From an uncultured Fidelibacterota bacterium (GTDB taxonomy: Bacteria; Fidelibacterota; Marinisomatia; Marinisomatales; TCS55), in the NCBI GenBank assembly GCA_902581045.1, contig CACHMU010000004.1, positions 860 to 64,859 of the forward strand: a stretch of 64,000 bases of DNA, in the 5' to 3' direction. Position numbers and translations under genes: made by a program. The notes under the pieces are model-generated. The model saw only the letters and a list, made by a program, of their open reading frames with translations. It was not told where the DNA came from and did no database searches. Shown one piece after another: positions 17,872 through 32,039 of this stretch. Every line of letters starts with the position of its first letter. Position 1 is the stretch's first letter.

Positions 17872-18837
17872 CTATTTATCTCCTTTTGCTTTTAGATTAA
17901 GTAGATTAATGAGATTCCCACCACCTTCTCCATCAGGCACAACAATCTTTTCTCGATTTTCTAATATTTCCTCGACAGTTTCAAGATACATTCTAGTCTC
18001 AGTTACACCTTTTGCTTTCCGATATTCCTTTAATACTGCATTAAATTTTGCGACATCACCTTCTGCTCTCGCAATACGAGCTTCTTTATATCCTTCTGCC
18101 TCCCTAATCATAGATTGAGCTTCACCACGAGCTTTTGGAATTACATCGTTACGATATCCTTCCGCTTGATTTATCATACGATTTTTATCTTCTTTAGCAG
18201 AAGCCACATCTTTAAATGCTGCTACTACTTGCTCAGGAGGACTAACATCCTGTAATTGAACAGCAACAATTAAAATTCCCGTGTCATATTTATCTAAAAT
18301 AGATTGTACTAAAGTCTTCGTTTCTTCTTGTATCATAAATTTTCCAGAAGTTAGCGCTTCATCAATATTGTGACGACCAACAACTGTCCTCAAAGACGCT
18401 TCTGATGCTTGTCTTACTGTCAACTCAGGTTTAATAAAATTAAATACATAAGCAATTGGGTCTTTAATCTTGTATTGTACGATCATTTCCGCATCAACTA
18501 TATTTTCATCACCTGTTAACATTAGACTTTCACGCTCAACTGTTTGATATTGATTTTTTCCTATGCTTCTAAAACCAATTTCAATTCTTTTAACCTCAGT
18601 GACTTTAGGTGTTTGAACTTTCTCAATAGGAAAAGGGAAATGATAGTTTAATCCAGATTGTGCAGTTCGCGAATATTTACCAAACGTTTGTACTACACCT
18701 ACTTCATCAGGCCCAACTACATAAATTCCTGTCAGAAGCCAAAGTCCTAATAATATTCCAAAAATTGAGAAGCCCCCAATCGAAAATACCGGTACTTTGA
18801 TTTCTTGATCGCCAACGATAATTCGTTTATAAGCCAT
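17872..18837 (-). CDS. hflK: SPFH/band-7 protease modulator HflK
   Basis: TM helix followed by an SPFH domain (PDEVGVVQTFGKY...). It lies immediately upstream of hflC. Confidence 0.85.
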   Translation of the reverse strand: MAYKRIIVGDQEIKVPVFSIGGFSIFGILLGLWLLTGIYVVGPDEVGVVQTFGKYSRTAQSGLNYHFPFPIEKVQTPKVTEVKRIEIGFRSIGKNQYQTVERESLMLTGDENIVDAEMIVQYKIKDPIAYVFNFIKPELTVRQASEASLRTVVGRHNIDEALTSGKFMIQEETKTLVQSILDKYDTGILIVAVQLQDVSPPEQVVAAFKDVASAKEDKNRMINQAEGYRNDVIPKARGEAQSMIREAEGYKEARIARAEGDVAKFNAVLKEYRKAKGVTETRMYLETVEEILENREKIVVPDGEGGGNLINLLNLKAKGDK

Positions 18838-18851
18838 TTATTTTATCCTTT

Positions 18852-20207
18852 CTAATGAGTTAACTGCCTGCGAAGACGTGCAACTGGAAATTCTAATTGT
18901 TCCCTATACTTAGCTACAGTCCTTCTCGCAACAGGATAACCCTTTATATTTAGTTTTTCTGCTAGATGAGAATCAGTTAATGGTGATTTTTTATCTTCAT
19001 CATCTATTAATTGTTTCAATAAATCCTTAATTATTTTGGTACTAACCTCTTCACCGCTTTTAATAATATACCCATCTGTGAAGAAAGATTTTAATTCAAA
19101 AATACCATAAGGTGTATCTACATATTTTCCTCTAGTTGATCGACTTATGGTAGAAATATCCATATTTAATTCCTCAGCAATATCTTTAAGCTTCATTGGA
19201 ATTAAAGATTTAGTATCACCTTCAAAAAATTTAGGTTGTCTAATAATAATTTCTTTCATCACAAGAAATAAAGTTTTGCGTCTTTGTTTAATTGCGCTAA
19301 TGAACCATGAAGCTGAATTAAATTTTTCTTTCAAATATTTTTTTTCATCAGTAGAAATTTTTTTTTGATCCATTATATTAACATATTTATCATTTAAAGA
19401 TAATTCAGGAATCCATGAATCATTTACAATTATCTTCCAATTTTCATCCTGTCGTAATATTAAAAGATCTGGTACTACGGTTTCGCTTTCTTCACCAATT
19501 TTACTTTTTCGCGGATGAGGATCTAATTTAGATATTTCTTGCAAAATCTCAGATAACGACTCATTCCCAATATTTAGTTTCTTTTGAATATTTTCATAAC
19601 GGTGATTTGAAAAATCATCAAAATGTTCTGTAACAATTTTATATGCAAATGAGTTTTTGTTATGACTTAATTGAATTTTCAAACAATCTTGTAGATCTCT
19701 TGCTGCAATGCCAGGAGGATCTAATTGCTGAACTTTTTGGAGAATTTTTATCACATCTGAGCTTGTTCTTTGAAAACGATCAGCAATCAAGATAGGCTCA
19801 ATTGGTAAATATCCATTGTCATCTAAATTCCATAAAATCTCTTCTGCTATAGCTCTTTCCCAATCTTTAAATTTATATGCATCTAATTGTTGGACCAGGC
19901 TTTCAATAAAGTCAACTTGTTGTTTAATCGGAAAATCATAAGAATGTGAATTATGATTGTCATAAATATTCGATGGCTCATATTCATCTGGATCTTCTTC
20001 AAAATCAACTTGCTCATCTGTCTGTTTACTATCAACCAAAGGAATCTCTTCAGATTCAGATTGTTCTAATAAGGGGTTTTTTTCTAATTCATCTAAAATT
20101 TTTTTTTCAAGATGGGAAACATTCAATTGTAAAATATTAGCTTGAATTAACTGTTGAGGAGATAAAGACTGCCTTAGAGATTGTTTTTGCTTCAATTTAG
20201 ACATCAC
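18852..20207 (-). CDS. rpoN: RNA polymerase sigma-54 factor
   Basis: Gln/acidic-rich region I, a core-binding region, a C-terminal HTH and the RpoN box ARRTVAKYRE. It lies directly downstream of lptB. Confidence 0.9.
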   Translation of the reverse strand: MMSKLKQKQSLRQSLSPQQLIQANILQLNVSHLEKKILDELEKNPLLEQSESEEIPLVDSKQTDEQVDFEEDPDEYEPSNIYDNHNSHSYDFPIKQQVDFIESLVQQLDAYKFKDWERAIAEEILWNLDDNGYLPIEPILIADRFQRTSSDVIKILQKVQQLDPPGIAARDLQDCLKIQLSHNKNSFAYKIVTEHFDDFSNHRYENIQKKLNIGNESLSEILQEISKLDPHPRKSKIGEESETVVPDLLILRQDENWKIIVNDSWIPELSLNDKYVNIMDQKKISTDEKKYLKEKFNSASWFISAIKQRRKTLFLVMKEIIIRQPKFFEGDTKSLIPMKLKDIAEELNMDISTISRSTRGKYVDTPYGIFELKSFFTDGYIIKSGEEVSTKIIKDLLKQLIDDEDKKSPLTDSHLAEKLNIKGYPVARRTVAKYREQLEFPVARLRRQLTH

Positions 20208-20956
20208 AAAGTAAAGCGCTCTCCTAAATACAATCGTTTTGCTTCATCATCATTTGCAAGAAATTCTGAAGTACCAGATTTTAAAATTTTCCCGTCAAAC
20301 AATAAATATGATCGATCTGTAATAGATAAAGTTTCTCTGACATTATGATCGGTAATTAATACACCAATATTTCGCTCTTTCAATGAATGGACAATAGTCT
20401 GTATGTCTTCAACTGCGATTGGATCGACACCTGCAAATGGCTCATCTAGTAGAATAAAGTCCGGATCAATAGCAAGTGTTCGAGATATTTCGACTCTTCT
20501 TCTTTCCCCACCTGAAAGGTTTGAACCTTTATTTTTTCGGATGTGTTGAATTGAAAGATCATCAAGTAGCTGCTCAATTTTTTCAGTTTGTTCATCTTTT
20601 GTAAGATTTGTCATTTCCAAAACTAAACGCAAATTATCTTCAACACTAAGTTTGCCAAAGATTGATGGCTCCTGTGATAAATATCCTATTCCAGACCTAC
20701 TCCTCTGATACATTGCCCGATTAGTAATTTTATTTTCATCCAAAAAAATTTGACCTTTTGTAGGTTTAATCATCCCTGTTATCATATAAAAAGTTGTTGT
20801 TTTTCCAGCACCATTAGGACCAAGCAGACCAACAATCTCACCCTTATTAACTTTTAGATCTACATCTCGCACGACCCATCGTTTCCCATAGCGTTTGTGC
20901 AAACCTTCTGCGCTGAGTTGAGAGTGACTAGTTTTTTTTGTCTTCATGAAAAACAC
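20204..20956 (-). CDS. lptB: LPS export ABC transporter ATP-binding protein LptB
   Basis: Walker A GPNGAGKTT, signature LSGGERRRVEI and Walker B ILLDEPFAGVDP, with conserved lptB-rpoN synteny. ATG 20947 is an alternative start. Confidence 0.9.
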   Translation of the reverse strand: MFFMKTKKTSHSQLSAEGLHKRYGKRWVVRDVDLKVNKGEIVGLLGPNGAGKTTTFYMITGMIKPTKGQIFLDENKITNRAMYQRSRSGIGYLSQEPSIFGKLSVEDNLRLVLEMTNLTKDEQTEKIEQLLDDLSIQHIRKNKGSNLSGGERRRVEISRTLAIDPDFILLDEPFAGVDPIAVEDIQTIVHSLKERNIGVLITDHNVRETLSITDRSYLLFDGKILKSGTSEFLANDDEAKRLYLGERFTL

Positions 20957-21455
20957 CAGTAGGTTTTAAAATTTTCCAATTATCTAATTCCACATCTGAC
21001 TCAAACCCAATACCATATAACGTATCCTGCTCTTCAGTAATAAAAATCACTCTATCATCTGTATAAACTTTTTCTCTATGATTATCCCAGGATAAAGTAT
21101 CAGTGAATAATGTTACTCCACTATCAGACAAAACAATAACATCTCCAATAGCAATCAAAAAATCTTTTTCTTCATCAATTTCAGCTATTTGTGATTTAAG
21201 ATTAGTTGTATATACTTCTTCATCATTAAAAAAATCAGCATCAACTTTTTCATTTAAAAGGATGTATTGTCGTTCATTATATTTTTCCAGATGACCTGCT
21301 CGAATAACAGCTCTCTTTATCCCTTGATTAGTTAAAGTAATAATTGCATCCCAACTTTCTGCATCAGGACGTCCTTCTCTAGATTCACCTAATCTCTTTA
21401 CTTCAGATACTTCGCATCCAATGATAAAACCCAAAAAAATTAAAATTTTTCTCAC
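20928..21455 (-). CDS. lptC: Probable LptC-like periplasmic LPS-export protein (lipoprotein-type signal)
   Basis: 175-aa protein with signal/lipobox (ILIFLGFIIGC) and a beta-rich body. The call rests mainly on its position between kdsC and lptB; the sequence itself is not diagnostic by eye. Confidence 0.5.
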   Translation of the reverse strand: MRKILIFLGFIIGCEVSEVKRLGESREGRPDAESWDAIITLTNQGIKRAVIRAGHLEKYNERQYILLNEKVDADFFNDEEVYTTNLKSQIAEIDEEKDFLIAIGDVIVLSDSGVTLFTDTLSWDNHREKVYTDDRVIFITEEQDTLYGIGFESDVELDNWKILKPTGVFHEDKKN

Positions 21456-21991
21456 TATTGATTTTTGACCTTTTCTTGCAAGGATTTTATGACACTATCG
21501 AGTCGACCTTGCTCTGATAAAATCCATTCGACTGCCTCTCGAAATGCGCCATCACCTCCATTTTTTTTAGTAATATAGGTAGCAACCTTTTTACATGGGG
21601 TAGATGCATTATTTGTAGCAATAGGAAAAGCTACTTTTTCCATAATTGGAATATCAATTAAGTCATCTCCAACATAAGCTATCTCATCATCAGATAAAGT
21701 ATATTTTGACTTTAATTCTTCATAAGGAGGTATTTTATTTAAAGTTCCATTATATATATCTTGAATTTTTAATTCTGATGCTCTTGATTCAGTAGCTGCA
21801 GATTTTCGACCTGAAATAAGTGCAACCTTCAACCCTGCTTCTCTAATTAATGCAACTGCAGCGCCATCAGAAACAGAAAATTTTTTTAATTCAATATTTT
21901 CAGTAGATGAAAAGCCCTTATATATTGAACCATCTGTCCATACTCCATCGACATCAGATATAATCATCTTTATTTTATTAATATCTTGCAT
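21455..21991 (-). CDS. kdsC: 3-deoxy-D-manno-octulosonate 8-phosphate phosphatase
   Basis: HAD-IIIA motif I (IISDVDGVWTDG), KdsC-like length and location next to kdsA. Confidence 0.8.
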   Translation of the reverse strand: MQDINKIKMIISDVDGVWTDGSIYKGFSSTENIELKKFSVSDGAAVALIREAGLKVALISGRKSAATESRASELKIQDIYNGTLNKIPPYEELKSKYTLSDDEIAYVGDDLIDIPIMEKVAFPIATNNASTPCKKVATYITKKNGGDGAFREAVEWILSEQGRLDSVIKSLQEKVKNQ

Positions 21992-21994
21992 TAG

Positions 21995-25129
<3,135 letters not shown>

Positions 25130-25253
25130 AAAATCAAACTAGGAGCTTCAACTAGAGGTAGATATTGGATAGCTATAGAAATCAAACTAATCTTTAGCAA
25201 AAGAAAACCAGTATCAAACATAAATAAATTCAACAATAATATAATTCAAATTT

Positions 25254-25273
25254 AGTGGAACCTTCTTTCCACT
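25254..25273 (-). terminator. Weak hairpin just downstream of the efflux-operon last gene
   Basis: 7-bp stem AGTGGAA/TTCCACT with a 6-nt loop, about 20 nt after the stop at 25295. On the minus strand it is followed by AAATTTG, not a clean U-tract. Confidence 0.3.
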
Positions 25274-25294
25274 ACAAGAAGCTTAAGTTATATT

Positions 25295-26548
25295 TTATTC
25301 AAACCGTAAGGATTCAATTGGATCCAAATTGGCTGCTCTCCATGCGGGATAACTTCCAAAGCCAATCCCAATTAAAGAACATACTAGTAGACCATAAAAA
25401 GCCCAATCAAAAGGTATCACAGCTGAAACGTTCAATACCACAGCCACCAAATTACCAGCTGCAATTCCTAGGATAACACCAACAATCCCTCCAAATTGAC
25501 TTAAAAATACAGCTTCAGTTAAAAATTGGGTAAGGATATGTCCTCGAGTAGCGCCAATCGCTTTACGTATACCGATCTCTTTAATTCGCTCAGTAACGGA
25601 TACAAGCATAATATTCATAATACCAATTCCCGCAACCAACAGGGCAATGACGCTCACTGAAAAAGCAAATATTTTTACGCCACCTGTAAATGCACCAAAT
25701 GTTTCAAGAAGTTCTGTATTAGATGTGACTTCAAAATCATTTTCCTTTTCAGGTGGAACTTTACGAATTGTTCTCATTATACCAATGACTTCATCTTGAG
25801 TTTTATCATAATCTTCTACTGAAGGAGCTTCAACTGTTATACCCAAAGAAGTCCGATTATCTGAAAATTTTTGCAGATAATTTGTGATTGGAATTAATAT
25901 AAAGTTATCTTGACTGCCACCAAACAATTCTCCCTTTCTCTCAATTGTCCCAACAACGGTATAATTTAATCCCTTGATTTGAATAACTTTTCCTAAGGGA
26001 TCTTCAAATGGAAAAAGCTTGTCAATAACATCTCCACCCAGGAGACAAACATTTCTTGAAAACTGTATGTCATCCTGAGTCAAGTTTCTACCATCTTCGA
26101 CAAACGTATTAAGTGTTCTTAGAGCATTTTCATCCCCTCCAGAAATTTCAACTGTTTTATTAACAAGTTTATCTTTATATCTTATTGATCTTTCCTGTTC
26201 ACTATCAACGACACTAACCAATATTGGTAATTTCGCACGCTCTTTTAATAGTTCATATTGTCTGTAATCAATATTTTTTCGATTTCTATATTTTGATCTA
26301 CTACCAGGACCAAATTGTATTGCTGGAGTTTTATTAATAAGAAAAGTGTTAGTGCCAAAAACATTTAAGCCAGATTCAATGGAAGTTTCTAAAGTTCGTA
26401 TAGCAGTCATAACACCAATTACTGAAAAAACACCAATAGATATACCAAGCAAAGTCAGAATTGCACGCAGTTTATTTTGAACAATTGCCTCTACAGTCAT
26501 ACGCATACTTTCTCGAAGCATACTTCTTAGTTGGCTGCCGCGGATCAT
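25295..26548 (-). CDS. ABC transporter permease, MacB/FtsX type
   Basis: N-terminal TM helix, large periplasmic MacB_PCD-like domain and a C-terminal FtsX 3-TM bundle (IGIRKAIGAT...). It is a paralogue of the next gene. Confidence 0.85.
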   Translation of the reverse strand: MIRGSQLRSMLRESMRMTVEAIVQNKLRAILTLLGISIGVFSVIGVMTAIRTLETSIESGLNVFGTNTFLINKTPAIQFGPGSRSKYRNRKNIDYRQYELLKERAKLPILVSVVDSEQERSIRYKDKLVNKTVEISGGDENALRTLNTFVEDGRNLTQDDIQFSRNVCLLGGDVIDKLFPFEDPLGKVIQIKGLNYTVVGTIERKGELFGGSQDNFILIPITNYLQKFSDNRTSLGITVEAPSVEDYDKTQDEVIGIMRTIRKVPPEKENDFEVTSNTELLETFGAFTGGVKIFAFSVSVIALLVAGIGIMNIMLVSVTERIKEIGIRKAIGATRGHILTQFLTEAVFLSQFGGIVGVILGIAAGNLVAVVLNVSAVIPFDWAFYGLLVCSLIGIGFGSYPAWRAANLDPIESLRFE

Positions 26549-26551
26549 AAT

Positions 26552-27766
26552 TTACTCATATCGTAAAGCATCTATAGGGTCGAGGCGAGCTGCACGGTAA
26601 GATGGGACTACTCCTGAAAGGACACCTACTAGAACACTTAATAAAATTGATGTAAGAGCTAACCATATAGGCATTGTAGAAGGAAAAAATTTATTAATAA
26701 TAAAACTTAAGCCACTAGCCATCGTTAATCCAATCACGCCTCCAATTAGACAAATGGTAATAGCTTCCATTAAAAATTGAGTCAATATCATATTTTTTGT
26801 TGCACCTATTGCCTTGCGAACACCAATCTCTTTTGTGCGCTCTTGAACAGAAACAAACATGATATTCATAATTCCAATTCCACCCACCACTAGTGATAAG
26901 ATAGTTATGAAAATACCTGTACCTCCTATCGCAAACTTTATCTGGTTATATTGCCTTTCAAATGCTTCAGTTTGATTGATAGCAAAATCATCCTTTTCTG
27001 ATGGTTTTAACCCCCTTGTTTGTCTCATAATTCCGTACAATTCATCTTTAGCCTCTACAATGTTTTCCGGCGGTACTTTTACGCTAATACGAATAAATCC
27101 CCTTCTAGAAAATAATCTTACGGAAGTTCCAACAGGTATAATCGCTTGGTTATCTACACTAAACAATCCAAGAAATTTTCCTTGTTTTTCCATTATACCT
27201 ATTACTCTGAATTTAATTCCATCAATTTTGAGATACTCACCAATAGGGTCCTGGTTGACAAAAAGATTTTCAGCAATATCATTTCCTATAATTGTTACAC
27301 GAGAGCCTGAACGATCTTCACCTTCAGTAAAAAATCGTCCTCGAGCTATATTGGCAGTAATTGTTGACATGTAATCTGTATTCGTACCAAAAATTTGCGT
27401 ACCTGCAGTACTTAGGTCTCCATTTGAAAGCACAGCTCCTCTTTGCATAACAGGCGCTACAGCTTCTGCATAACTTGACTTTTCTTTTATCACATCTACA
27501 TATTCAAGACGCATTCTTGGGCGATTTCTAACCTCCCACCATTCAGTATCCCCAAACCACTCCCACCTACTTATAGAAAAAATATCTTTCCCTAAAAAAG
27601 CCATACTTTTATCAAACCCTTTGTCAAGTCCAGAGATTAATGTGCCCATTAAAGTAACCGATAATACACCTATGATAATTCCTAAAGCTGTTAAGATCGA
27701 TCGAGATTTATTTGAAAGAATCGAAGTTAATGCTATGCGAAAACTTTCAAAAAAAACTGAAAACAT
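26552..27766 (-). CDS. ABC transporter permease, MacB/FtsX type
   Basis: Same architecture as 25295-26548 (IGVRKAIGATK... FtsX domain). Confidence 0.85.
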   Translation of the reverse strand: MFSVFFESFRIALTSILSNKSRSILTALGIIIGVLSVTLMGTLISGLDKGFDKSMAFLGKDIFSISRWEWFGDTEWWEVRNRPRMRLEYVDVIKEKSSYAEAVAPVMQRGAVLSNGDLSTAGTQIFGTNTDYMSTITANIARGRFFTEGEDRSGSRVTIIGNDIAENLFVNQDPIGEYLKIDGIKFRVIGIMEKQGKFLGLFSVDNQAIIPVGTSVRLFSRRGFIRISVKVPPENIVEAKDELYGIMRQTRGLKPSEKDDFAINQTEAFERQYNQIKFAIGGTGIFITILSLVVGGIGIMNIMFVSVQERTKEIGVRKAIGATKNMILTQFLMEAITICLIGGVIGLTMASGLSFIINKFFPSTMPIWLALTSILLSVLVGVLSGVVPSYRAARLDPIDALRYE

Positions 27767-28470
27767 TATGCAACTTCCATCTTATTATTATTAATTAAGT
27801 CATCCTTAACTCTACCATCAAAAATTGTAATAATACGATTTGCATGATTGGCAATATCTTCTTCATGAGTTACCAATATTATAGTATTACCTTTTGAATG
27901 TAATTCATCTAAAATCTTCATTATCTCAATTCCACTTTTTGAATCAAGATTTCCTGTAGGTTCATCTGCCAAAATAATCGAAGGATTATTTACCAATGCT
28001 CTTGCAATAGCAACCCTTTGACGCTGGCCTCCGGATAATTCATTCGGTTTATGATCAACTCGATCTCCAAGGCCAACTGAAACAAGTGCTTTATTTGCCA
28101 TTTCTAGTCGTACTTCTTTTGGAATATTAGAATAAATAAGTGGCACCTCAACGTTTCTTAAGGCAGTTGCTTTTGGCAGCAAATTAAAAGTTTGGAATAC
28201 AAATCCGATTTTTCTGTTACGAATGGATGCTAATTGATCATCATCCATTTCATGAACTAATTCACCCCCAAACTCATAATTTCCTTCAGTTGGAGTATCT
28301 AAGCATCCAATCATGTTCATTAAAGTTGATTTACCAGAACCTGATGGACCCATAATTGAAATATATTCATTTTGTTTAATTTTTACATCGACACCATCAA
28401 GCGCACGTACAATTTCCCCGCCAACATCATAGTAACGTTTGATATTTGTTAGGGATATAAGGTCAGGCAT
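27766..28470 (-). CDS. ABC transporter ATP-binding protein (MacB/LolD type)
   Basis: Walker [10 protein letters not shown], signature [15 protein letters not shown] and Walker [12 protein letters not shown]. Confidence 0.9.
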   Translation of the reverse strand: MPDLISLTNIKRYYDVGGEIVRALDGVDVKIKQNEYISIMGPSGSGKSTLMNMIGCLDTPTEGNYEFGGELVHEMDDDQLASIRNRKIGFVFQTFNLLPKATALRNVEVPLIYSNIPKEVRLEMANKALVSVGLGDRVDHKPNELSGGQRQRVAIARALVNNPSIILADEPTGNLDSKSGIEIMKILDELHSKGNTIILVTHEEDIANHANRIITIFDGRVKDDLINNNKMEVA

Positions 28471-28509
28471 AATTGTTATCTAAAATTGGAAAATTTTCCA
28501 ACCCTAAGC

Positions 28510-29841
28510 TTAATTGTTTTCCTTTTTATCACTATCTTTTCTCATAGTGATAATTTTATTATGAGATAGATCTTTACTTATTGCTTTATAAGAGCCTGTA
28601 ATAATTTCTTCTCCCTCATCCAACCCACTTAAGAGTTCATAATGCGTATCACTAGAAATACCAACTTTTACTGGTCTTATGTGAGCATACTTAGTGCCTT
28701 TTTTAGCCTTTTTAAATTCTTCATCTATGTTTTCACCACCATCATATGACTCATCACGTTTTACGTTACCTTCTGCATCAGCAATTACAAAAACTAATTC
28801 TTCCATTTCTCTCTTTTTAGAACCATCATTATTATTAGGTCCAGAATTAGAATTATTTGGTCGACCAGATTTTTTTCCACCACTTGCAAATTTCTCAGAT
28901 CCTTTTTGTCGAACTGTTAAACTCTGTATAGGGATTGCTAAAACATCTTCTTTTTTATCTGTTATAATATCTGCAGTTGCACTCATTCCAGGTCTAATTC
29001 CTTCTGGAACATTGAGCATCCGAACTTTAACTTGAAAATTAGTAACTTGCTGTTGAGAACCCATTCCTGTCACTTCCGATACATGTGCAATCTCACTAAC
29101 AACTCCATAAAATAAAGTATCTAAAAAAGCATCAATCTCAATTTCAGTTGTATCTCCAACTGCGACAGAAACAACATCATTTTCATTCACATCAATAATA
29201 ACTTCCATCCTCGAGAGATCTGCAACAATCATTAAGTTATCTGCCTGAAACATTCCCCCGACCGCCATCTCTCCTACTTCTTTATAAATTTTTGTAACAA
29301 TACCATTTTGTGGAGCAGTAATTCTGGCTTTATCAAGATCATCTCTTCGTGATTCTAAGTTTGCTTTTGCTTGAGAGAGTTGACTATTTGCAATTTCATA
29401 AGAAGCCTGAATAGCTTCTAATTCTTGATCAGATGCAAGGTTTTGCTCATACATTGATTCAACACGTTTTTTGCTTGCTAATTCCTGCTTAATCCGTGCT
29501 TCAGCAGAACGTACAGATGATGATGCTGAGTTATAATTTGCTAATAATTGTTTTCTATCTAAAGAAATTAAATGCTGACCTTTTTTAACCCTATCCCCTT
29601 CTTTTACTGTTATCGAATCAATCCACGCCGATGATGTAGCACTAATTTTGACTTCAATCTCAGGTTGTATCCTTCCACTTGCATTAACTTTTTGTACAAC
29701 TGTTCTACGCGTTACCTTTTCTGCCTCAACAGTTATCGCATTTGTATTATCCTTCCTTAAACTCGCTACAATCATGATTACTAGTAGTAATCCACCACCA
29801 CCAAAAATCAGCCATTTTTTCTTTTTAATTAATTTAGCCAC
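28510..29841 (-). CDS. Efflux periplasmic adaptor (HlyD/MacA membrane-fusion protein)
   Basis: N-terminal TM anchor, coiled-coil hairpin, and lipoyl/beta-barrel segments. It has a low-complexity G/S/N/K-rich insert ([23 protein letters not shown]). Confidence 0.85.
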   Translation of the reverse strand: MAKLIKKKKWLIFGGGGLLLVIMIVASLRKDNTNAITVEAEKVTRRTVVQKVNASGRIQPEIEVKISATSSAWIDSITVKEGDRVKKGQHLISLDRKQLLANYNSASSSVRSAEARIKQELASKKRVESMYEQNLASDQELEAIQASYEIANSQLSQAKANLESRRDDLDKARITAPQNGIVTKIYKEVGEMAVGGMFQADNLMIVADLSRMEVIIDVNENDVVSVAVGDTTEIEIDAFLDTLFYGVVSEIAHVSEVTGMGSQQQVTNFQVKVRMLNVPEGIRPGMSATADIITDKKEDVLAIPIQSLTVRQKGSEKFASGGKKSGRPNNSNSGPNNNDGSKKREMEELVFVIADAEGNVKRDESYDGGENIDEEFKKAKKGTKYAHIRPVKVGISSDTHYELLSGLDEGEEIITGSYKAISKDLSHNKIITMRKDSDKKENN

Positions 29842-29857
29842 TACTCTCTCCTATTAA

Positions 29858-31183
29858 TTATTTATATTCGTTATCTAACGTACCTAAAAGTGCCTTTAGG
29901 TTTGTCTGCTCAATATATGCATCATATTTAGAGCGTATTAAAGATGAACGAGCCTGAACAACAGAAACCTGTGAATCCAGAACTTCTAAAATTGTTGTTG
30001 AACCTTGAGCATATCGTACTTGAGCTAACTTTAAATCTTCCTCAGCAGATTCAAGTACCGTCTCATTAATTGGTATAATCTCTTTATAATTATTTAATCG
30101 ATCTAAAGTATATTTTAATTGAACTGATAAATCTTGAAGTTGAGTTAAATATTCAGACTCCTGTTTATCAACCGCAATTTTTGCCTTTTGAATTCTTGTT
30201 GAAATACTATTCCCAGAAAAAATAGGTATCGAAATAGAGAATCCCATATTGATCCGTTTTTGCTCATTTGTGGAATTGGTTAATGCATCATTTAAATTAT
30301 CAGAACTACCCGAAACGTTAGAACTAGCACTGATATTAGGCAGACGTGCTCCTTTTGCTATCTTTTCAGATAATTCTGCACTTGTAATTTGAAACTGTTT
30401 AGCTTTTACACTAGGATTAGATTTTTGAATTAATTCAAACCCAGTATCGAAGGTTGGAAGGGTTTCCATAGATGTATCGACTTCTTCTATTCCAAAATCA
30501 ATCTCCTTACCTACAAGTCCCATTGCATTTTTCAAATTCATATACGCATTTTGTAAAGCTGCATCATTATTAACAACATCTACTCTAGCTTGGCCAAATC
30601 GGACTTGTGCTTTTAATAGATCTGTCTTTTTTGAGGACCCCAATTCGAATCTTTGTTGAGCCAGTGTTAATTGCTGTTGAGAGCTCAATAAATTTGAGCG
30701 AGAAACATCAAGTAATTGCGCTGCTTTTAAATAATTGAAATAAGCCGAATGGACCCCATTAATTATATTCGTTTTGATTTGACGATTATATTGCTCTGAG
30801 ATTTTATAGCTATTTTTTGCTTGACGGATTGTATTCCACCATACACCGCCATCATAAATATTTTGAGTCAAAGATATATTTGATGAAGCGCTTGTAATGC
30901 TACTAATCCTATCGGTAATAATTTGGCCAGATGAAGAATTAAATCCGCCTAGCTGTTCAGGAAATTGAGATTCACTCATGCTACTAGAGAATCTAAGGGA
31001 TGGCAAAATAGTACTATATGACTCTTTGACGTTTTGTCTTGATGACTGTAAATCCATCACTGATGCTTTTAATGATTCTTTATTTTCAAGGGCAACTCTG
31101 ACTGCTTCGCTCAATGAATAAGTTTGACTTATACCCCAATTACAAAATAATAGTAAAAAAATTAATTTTTTATTCATTGACAT
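29858..31183 (-). CDS. TolC-family outer-membrane efflux protein
   Basis: Signal peptide and two OEP repeats with long coiled-coil segments (LSEAVRVALENKESLKA...). Confidence 0.8.
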   Translation of the reverse strand: MSMNKKLIFLLLFCNWGISQTYSLSEAVRVALENKESLKASVMDLQSSRQNVKESYSTILPSLRFSSSMSESQFPEQLGGFNSSSGQIITDRISSITSASSNISLTQNIYDGGVWWNTIRQAKNSYKISEQYNRQIKTNIINGVHSAYFNYLKAAQLLDVSRSNLLSSQQQLTLAQQRFELGSSKKTDLLKAQVRFGQARVDVVNNDAALQNAYMNLKNAMGLVGKEIDFGIEEVDTSMETLPTFDTGFELIQKSNPSVKAKQFQITSAELSEKIAKGARLPNISASSNVSGSSDNLNDALTNSTNEQKRINMGFSISIPIFSGNSISTRIQKAKIAVDKQESEYLTQLQDLSVQLKYTLDRLNNYKEIIPINETVLESAEEDLKLAQVRYAQGSTTILEVLDSQVSVVQARSSLIRSKYDAYIEQTNLKALLGTLDNEYK

Positions 31184-31190
31184 CCCTTAA

Positions 31191-31904
31191 TTAGCCTGCC
31201 ATTCCAGCAAAAAATGAACCCATTCCTGAAAAAATAATTAAACTAAATATCCATAAACCTACTAGGACACTCAATGTAGAATTTGATGGTTTATTATACA
31301 AGTAACTAAAGCCTATGGCCATCAAATAAACTCGCCAGAATGCAAAAAGATCAATCCCAGCCAAAAAGCTATTTAAAAATTCACCCTCTTCTCCAACACC
31401 CAAAACACCCAAACCAGTAAATATCTTCAAATTGTCTGTAATATATTGTATAGGTGTTTTAATTATATATTCTAAGACAGAAGGAAGATACGCAAAAGAT
31501 GCAACTAAGAATACACGGCCAAAGCTAGCTCCTCCTCCTAAAAATAAATTCCCGACAAACATTGAGAATAAAGACCAAAAAAGAATTCGAATTGGCCATG
31601 ATAAAGCCATAGTAATATAAGTAAAAATTGCAGATGCCCCTGATTTAGAATATACACGATCATATTGGGCACCTAATATTTCTTGTTTTTGTTCTTCTGA
31701 AATATTGGTATTGTTATTAATACTTTGCTGGATCTGCTCCCATTGTAGATCTGCAATCTGATCTGAAAGTATAATTCCAGAGATAATAGCAAGTCCCATA
31801 ATCAATGAAAGAGGCAACATTGCCTGTCTCCAATTAAAATCTTTTACAATACTCTCAAATGTCTCCCCTGGTGCAGTAAAAGTATTGATTATAGTCGCAA
31901 TCAT
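31191..31904 (-). CDS. Yip1-family integral membrane protein
   Basis: Five predicted TM helices with a Yip1-like layout. It is the first gene of the efflux operon and is preceded by AGGAGG. Confidence 0.55.
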   Translation of the reverse strand: MIATIINTFTAPGETFESIVKDFNWRQAMLPLSLIMGLAIISGIILSDQIADLQWEQIQQSINNNTNISEEQKQEILGAQYDRVYSKSGASAIFTYITMALSWPIRILFWSLFSMFVGNLFLGGGASFGRVFLVASFAYLPSVLEYIIKTPIQYITDNLKIFTGLGVLGVGEEGEFLNSFLAGIDLFAFWRVYLMAIGFSYLYNKPSNSTLSVLVGLWIFSLIIFSGMGSFFAGMAG

Positions 31905-32039
31905 TCGCTTCCTCCTAGCCTGTAATCATTAAATATTACAATCATTATCTATATAAAGTTCCACTGTTTATAAAAATACGCGATAACAAAGGCTCTGAAT
32001 TTAATCGTAAAAATAAAACTTACTTCTAGATTCTTTTAA

